The notes beneath the pieces are model-generated. The model was not told the DNA's origin. It ran no database searches and saw only the letters and a program-made list of their open reading frames with translations. This document shows positions 60,575 through 64,000 of a DNA stretch of 64,000 nucleotides, in pieces. The position numbers were made by a program, and so were the translations under genes. The stretch comes from Scyliorhinus canicula (Eukaryota): contig NC_052147.1 in NCBI RefSeq assembly GCF_902713615.1, positions 22,184,276-22,248,275 on the forward strand. Reading direction: 5' to 3'. Numbering within the stretch: position 1 is the first letter of the stretch; each line of letters starts with the position of its first letter.

Positions 60575-60908
60575 GGATGGCATGGTGGCACAGTGGTCAG
60601 CACTGCTGCCTCAGCGCCAGGGACCCAGGTTCAATTCTAGCCTCGGGTGACTGTGTGGAGTTTGCACTTCCTGTGTCTGTGTGGGTTTCCTCCAGGTGCT
60701 CCAATTTCCTCCAACAGTCCAAAAATGTACGGGTTAGGTGGATTGGCCCGGCTAAATTGCCCCTCAGTGTCCAGAAGGTTGGGTGGGGTTACTGGGCTAC
60801 AGGGATACGGTAGGGGCATGGGCCTAGGTGGGGTATCTCTTTCCAAGGGTCAGTGAAGATTCGATGGGCTGAATGGCCTCGTTCTTCACTATAGAGATTC
60901 TATGATTC
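60575..60908 (+). mobile_element. HE1-type V-SINE with CR1 tail
   Basis: Head, V domain and gattctatgattc tail. Confidence 0.88.
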
Positions 60909-60929
60909 AACATATATGTATTGACATGT

Positions 60930-61137
60930 TTTTAAAAAAAGCTTTTTAAAAATGTTTCCGATTAAGGAATAATTTAGCATGGCCAATCCACTTACCTTGC
61001 ACATCTTTGGGTTGTGGAGTGAGACCCACGCAGACACAGGGAGAAACTTCACATGGACAGTGACCCGGGGCCAGGATTGAATAGGGGTCCTCAGTGCCAT
61101 GAGGCAACAGTGCTAACCAATGCGCAAATGTGCTGCC
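60930..61137 (-). mobile_element. Short A-tailed V-SINE
   Basis: Consensus match. Confidence 0.85.
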
Positions 61138-61409
61138 ATAAATGTATTGATACATACATATAATATATATTAGACTTACAGAAATGATTGTAATGTGCAC
61201 ATCTAATAAAATATGTGTAAATATTTAAACACACACACTAATATACGTACATATTAGTTTCTGGTAAAGGAAAGAATTGCAGGGACAGAATGCCAGGTGC
61301 ATACTTTAGTTTGAAGGCCTCTGTCCCTAGAGGGAAGATGCATTCTTTGATTCCTGACCAAACTTCTGACACTAATTCCGGACATAAACTTTTTTTAGGG
61401 CTGCTGACA

Positions 61410-61618
61410 TTTAAAAAAATAAATTTAGAGTATCCAATTCATTTTTCTAATTAAGGGGCAATTTAGCGTAGCCAATCCACCTACCTTGTACGGCGAAACC
61501 CACGCAAACACAGGGAGAATGTGCAAACTTCATACGGACAGTGACCCAGAACCGGGATCAAATCTGGGACCTCAGCGCCGTGAGGCTTCAGTGCTACCAC
61601 TGGGCCACCGTGCTGCCC
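61410..61618 (-). mobile_element. Short A-tailed V-SINE
   Basis: 15-bp TSD tagggctgctg(a/t)cat. Confidence 0.9.
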
Positions 61619-61869
61619 TAGGGCTGCTGTCATGGTGCAACTTGCTATTGAGAACAATAGGGTCCCATTGAACATAAGGGCAAGGAGGGAGTGATGCCAA
61701 GTCAGTGAGGGACATCAGAGCAAAGAGAAAGGGAGAAAATAAAAAGGGAAAAATAAATCACTTGCTCCTGATTGGTTAAAAAATGCCCTCACACCCTGAG
61801 GTTGAGCTATCCTCTCCTCCCCTGGGATTAGGAAGTTTCCTCTATCCTGAGTAAAGGGATTGAGTATGG

Positions 61870-62200
61870 AATGTAAGGGAGAGTGAGTGAAAGAGAGAGG
61901 GATGTGTGTGAGAATAAATGAATATTAGTGAAGGGAGTATTACTGGGTGTGACAGAGGGAGTGCATGAGTAGGACAGCAGAGTGAAGTGAGGGTGAGGGA
62001 ATGTATGATTCATTGAGTAAAGCAGAGTGAGGGGGTGAGTGCCCAAGAGTGTGTACGAGTGAGACAGAGTGAGAGACTGAGTGTATATGAGAGAAACGGG
62101 CTGAGTGTGAGAAGGCAATTTGCTGAGCGAGAGTGAATGAAGGTGACTGAGTGAGTGAATGTGAGAGAGTGAATGCGGAATGGAGGATGATGTGAGTTAC
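61870..62200. repeat. Degenerate GA/GT-rich low-complexity tract resembling the 44.8 kb minisatellite
   Basis: gagtgag and gactgagtg motifs; C-poor. Confidence 0.6.
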
Positions 62201-62229
62201 AAACTTTGAATCATAGATATGGACACATT

Positions 62230-62551
62230 ATTCATAGATTTTTCAGTGCAGAAGGAGGCCATTCGGCCCATCGAGTCTGCACCGGTTCCTGGAAAGAGAA
62301 CTCTACCTAAGCCGCCACCCTATCCCAGTAACCCCACCCCTTTTTGGACACTAAGGGCAATTTAGCACAGCCAATCCACCTAACTTGCACATCTTTGGAC
62401 TGTGGGAGAAAACCGGAGCACCCGGAGGAAACCCACACAGACACGAGGAGAACGTGCAGACTGTGCACAGACAGTGACCCAAGGCAGGAATCGAACCTCG
62501 GACCCTGGAGCTGTGAAGCAACTGCACTAACCACTGTGCTACCATACCACC
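62230..62551 (-). mobile_element. HE1-type V-SINE with CR1 tail
   Basis: Consensus match. Confidence 0.9.
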
Positions 62552-62589
62552 CATTATTCGACTCTTGGGATATTATTCAAGACTGATAC

Positions 62590-62800
62590 CAAAAGCAAGA
62601 TGCCGCAGATGATGGAAACCTGAAATAAAAGCAGAAAATGCTGAAAAACGCAGCAGGTCAGGCAGAATCTGTGGAGAAAGAAAAAGGGAATGTTTCAGGT
62701 CAATGGCCACTGATTAAAGGTCATCCACTTGAAATGTTAACTCTTTTTCTCTCCACTGATGCTGACTCGCTGAGTATTTCCAGAATGTTCTTATTTTTGT
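62590..62800. mobile_element. Palindromic Penelope-derived repeat (two inverted pLTR-like arms)
   Basis: Arms 62627-62705 and 62722-62798 are imperfect reverse complements; a half copy lies at about 18720-18810. Confidence 0.65.
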
Positions 62801-63249
62801 TATTCAAGACTGCGTTCCATCTAAAACATTCAAAGCTACTTCCCAGGTTGTCATGCAGCTCGTGTACTTCAACATTCCTGTTGCAAGACCTTTAAAATTG
62901 TTCAATGTTTACACCTTGTGTTTTCTAGCACTTATCATTTTGTCAACTTTATTTATATTACCTGTTGCAAACATGTCTTTACACAGTCGCATGAGAACAG
63001 ATGTGACACCTTATTAATTAAAGTAGTATTTAGCATCATTTCTTAATAAAATGTCAAGGTCCTCGAAGTGAACATTCACAAAGGGACCCCTGTCCATCTC
63101 TACTTGGCTCTGATAGCAACACTCTAAGTCAGAAACCTGTGACTTTAAACTCTTCCACAATTTGATTAAATAAAGATAAATTGTGCGATCACAACCAGAG
63201 ACGTCGACTTTGTAAGTGAAAAATAGGATTGTCATACAAACATAATGAA

Positions 63250-63890
63250 CTCATGAATTAGGAGCAGGAGTCGGCCACTCGGCCCCTCGAGCCTACCCCT
63301 AATAACATTTCATCCATTTGTTCATAAAGAATCTATCTAGCTCCGCCTTAAAAATATTCAAGGGCTATGCTTCCACTGCCTTTTGAGGAAGAGAGTTCCA
63401 AAAAAGACCCAATGCGCTCTGAGAGAAAAAAATTCTCCTCATCTCTGGGTGCGATCGAATTGAATTGGAACAGAGCCCCGTGACGAGTGCGTTTAGCCAG
63501 GTGTTTCCTGGCGCTCGCAGCACCAGGGTGCCACCTTGCCTCTGGTCCCCTGGGAAACCCCCACAAGCTCTGTTCCATCTGGTCCCCGTGTGTGGAGGCC
63601 AGCAATGAATAGCGCCGGCCTTAGGTCTTGGAGGAAATGGGTTTGGATCCCAACGCCTCAGATAGATTGGGGAATGCATATTAGAGCGTGACTAGCTGTC
63701 TCACTCTAATGTGCAGATTTGGAAAATAGCGATCCCACAGTGGGCGGGATTCATATCATGCCATCTCGCGAGATTGCATTAGATATCAGGAGGCGTGGCA
63801 ATCCCGTTATATCCACCTTTCAGGTGTAATGCAGCAAATAGATCGCGCCCCTTGTCTTCAATGGGTGACGCCTTGGGAGAAATCTTCTGG
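63250..63890 (-). mobile_element. CR1 3' end remnant interrupted by a Harbinger MITE (63447-63850)
   Basis: catgaattaggagcaggagtcggcc tail; MITE TIRs gggtgcgatc / gatcgcgccc split ...catctctg|tcttcaatggg. Confidence 0.75.
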
Positions 63891-64000
63891 TCCTGTTCGC
63901 CCCCTTATAGATGCTAACTCTCGCAAGAGGGCCATAATGGAATTTGTGCTGGTGAGTTCTTACTTTGAAATCCCCCCCCCCCCCCACGGCGCCCCCTCCC

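Overview
Repeat-rich vertebrate DNA with no recognisable intact host protein-coding gene. The repeat complement points to a cartilaginous fish, most likely a shark (inference): HE1-type V-SINEs, a SacSINE1-like DeuSINE, CR1/HER1, Rex-Babar, RTE and L2 LINE remnants, Penelope-like elements, PIF/Harbinger and hAT-Buster DNA transposons, and a solo LTR. Most of the supplied ORFs are artefacts of SINEs, MITEs or minisatellites. The real coding remnants are all transposon-derived: Harbinger DDE transposase plus Myb/SANT partner, hAT BED finger and C-terminus, CR1/Rex/RTE reverse transcriptase pieces, and a Penelope GIY-YIG endonuclease. There are two large minisatellites: a 47-bp hairpin-containing unit at about 4.9-7.7 kb and a 28-bp G-rich unit at about 44.8-47.5 kb. 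The most interesting non-repeat part is a TE-poor block at about 29.6-35.1 kb that looks like conserved non-coding sequence. It contains an 83-nt plus-strand cassette-exon candidate whose 5' splice site lies inside a predicted ~140-nt stem-loop, which suggests the window is inside a large intron of an unidentified gene. Other points of note are a modular SINE system (shared heads and swapped tails, with a tail-swapped V-SINE making 11-17 bp TSDs), degenerate hammerhead-ribozyme cores in Penelope-derived repeats, and three hAT deletion derivatives with nnnTAnnn TSDs. Family assignments come from recalled motif similarity, not database searches.
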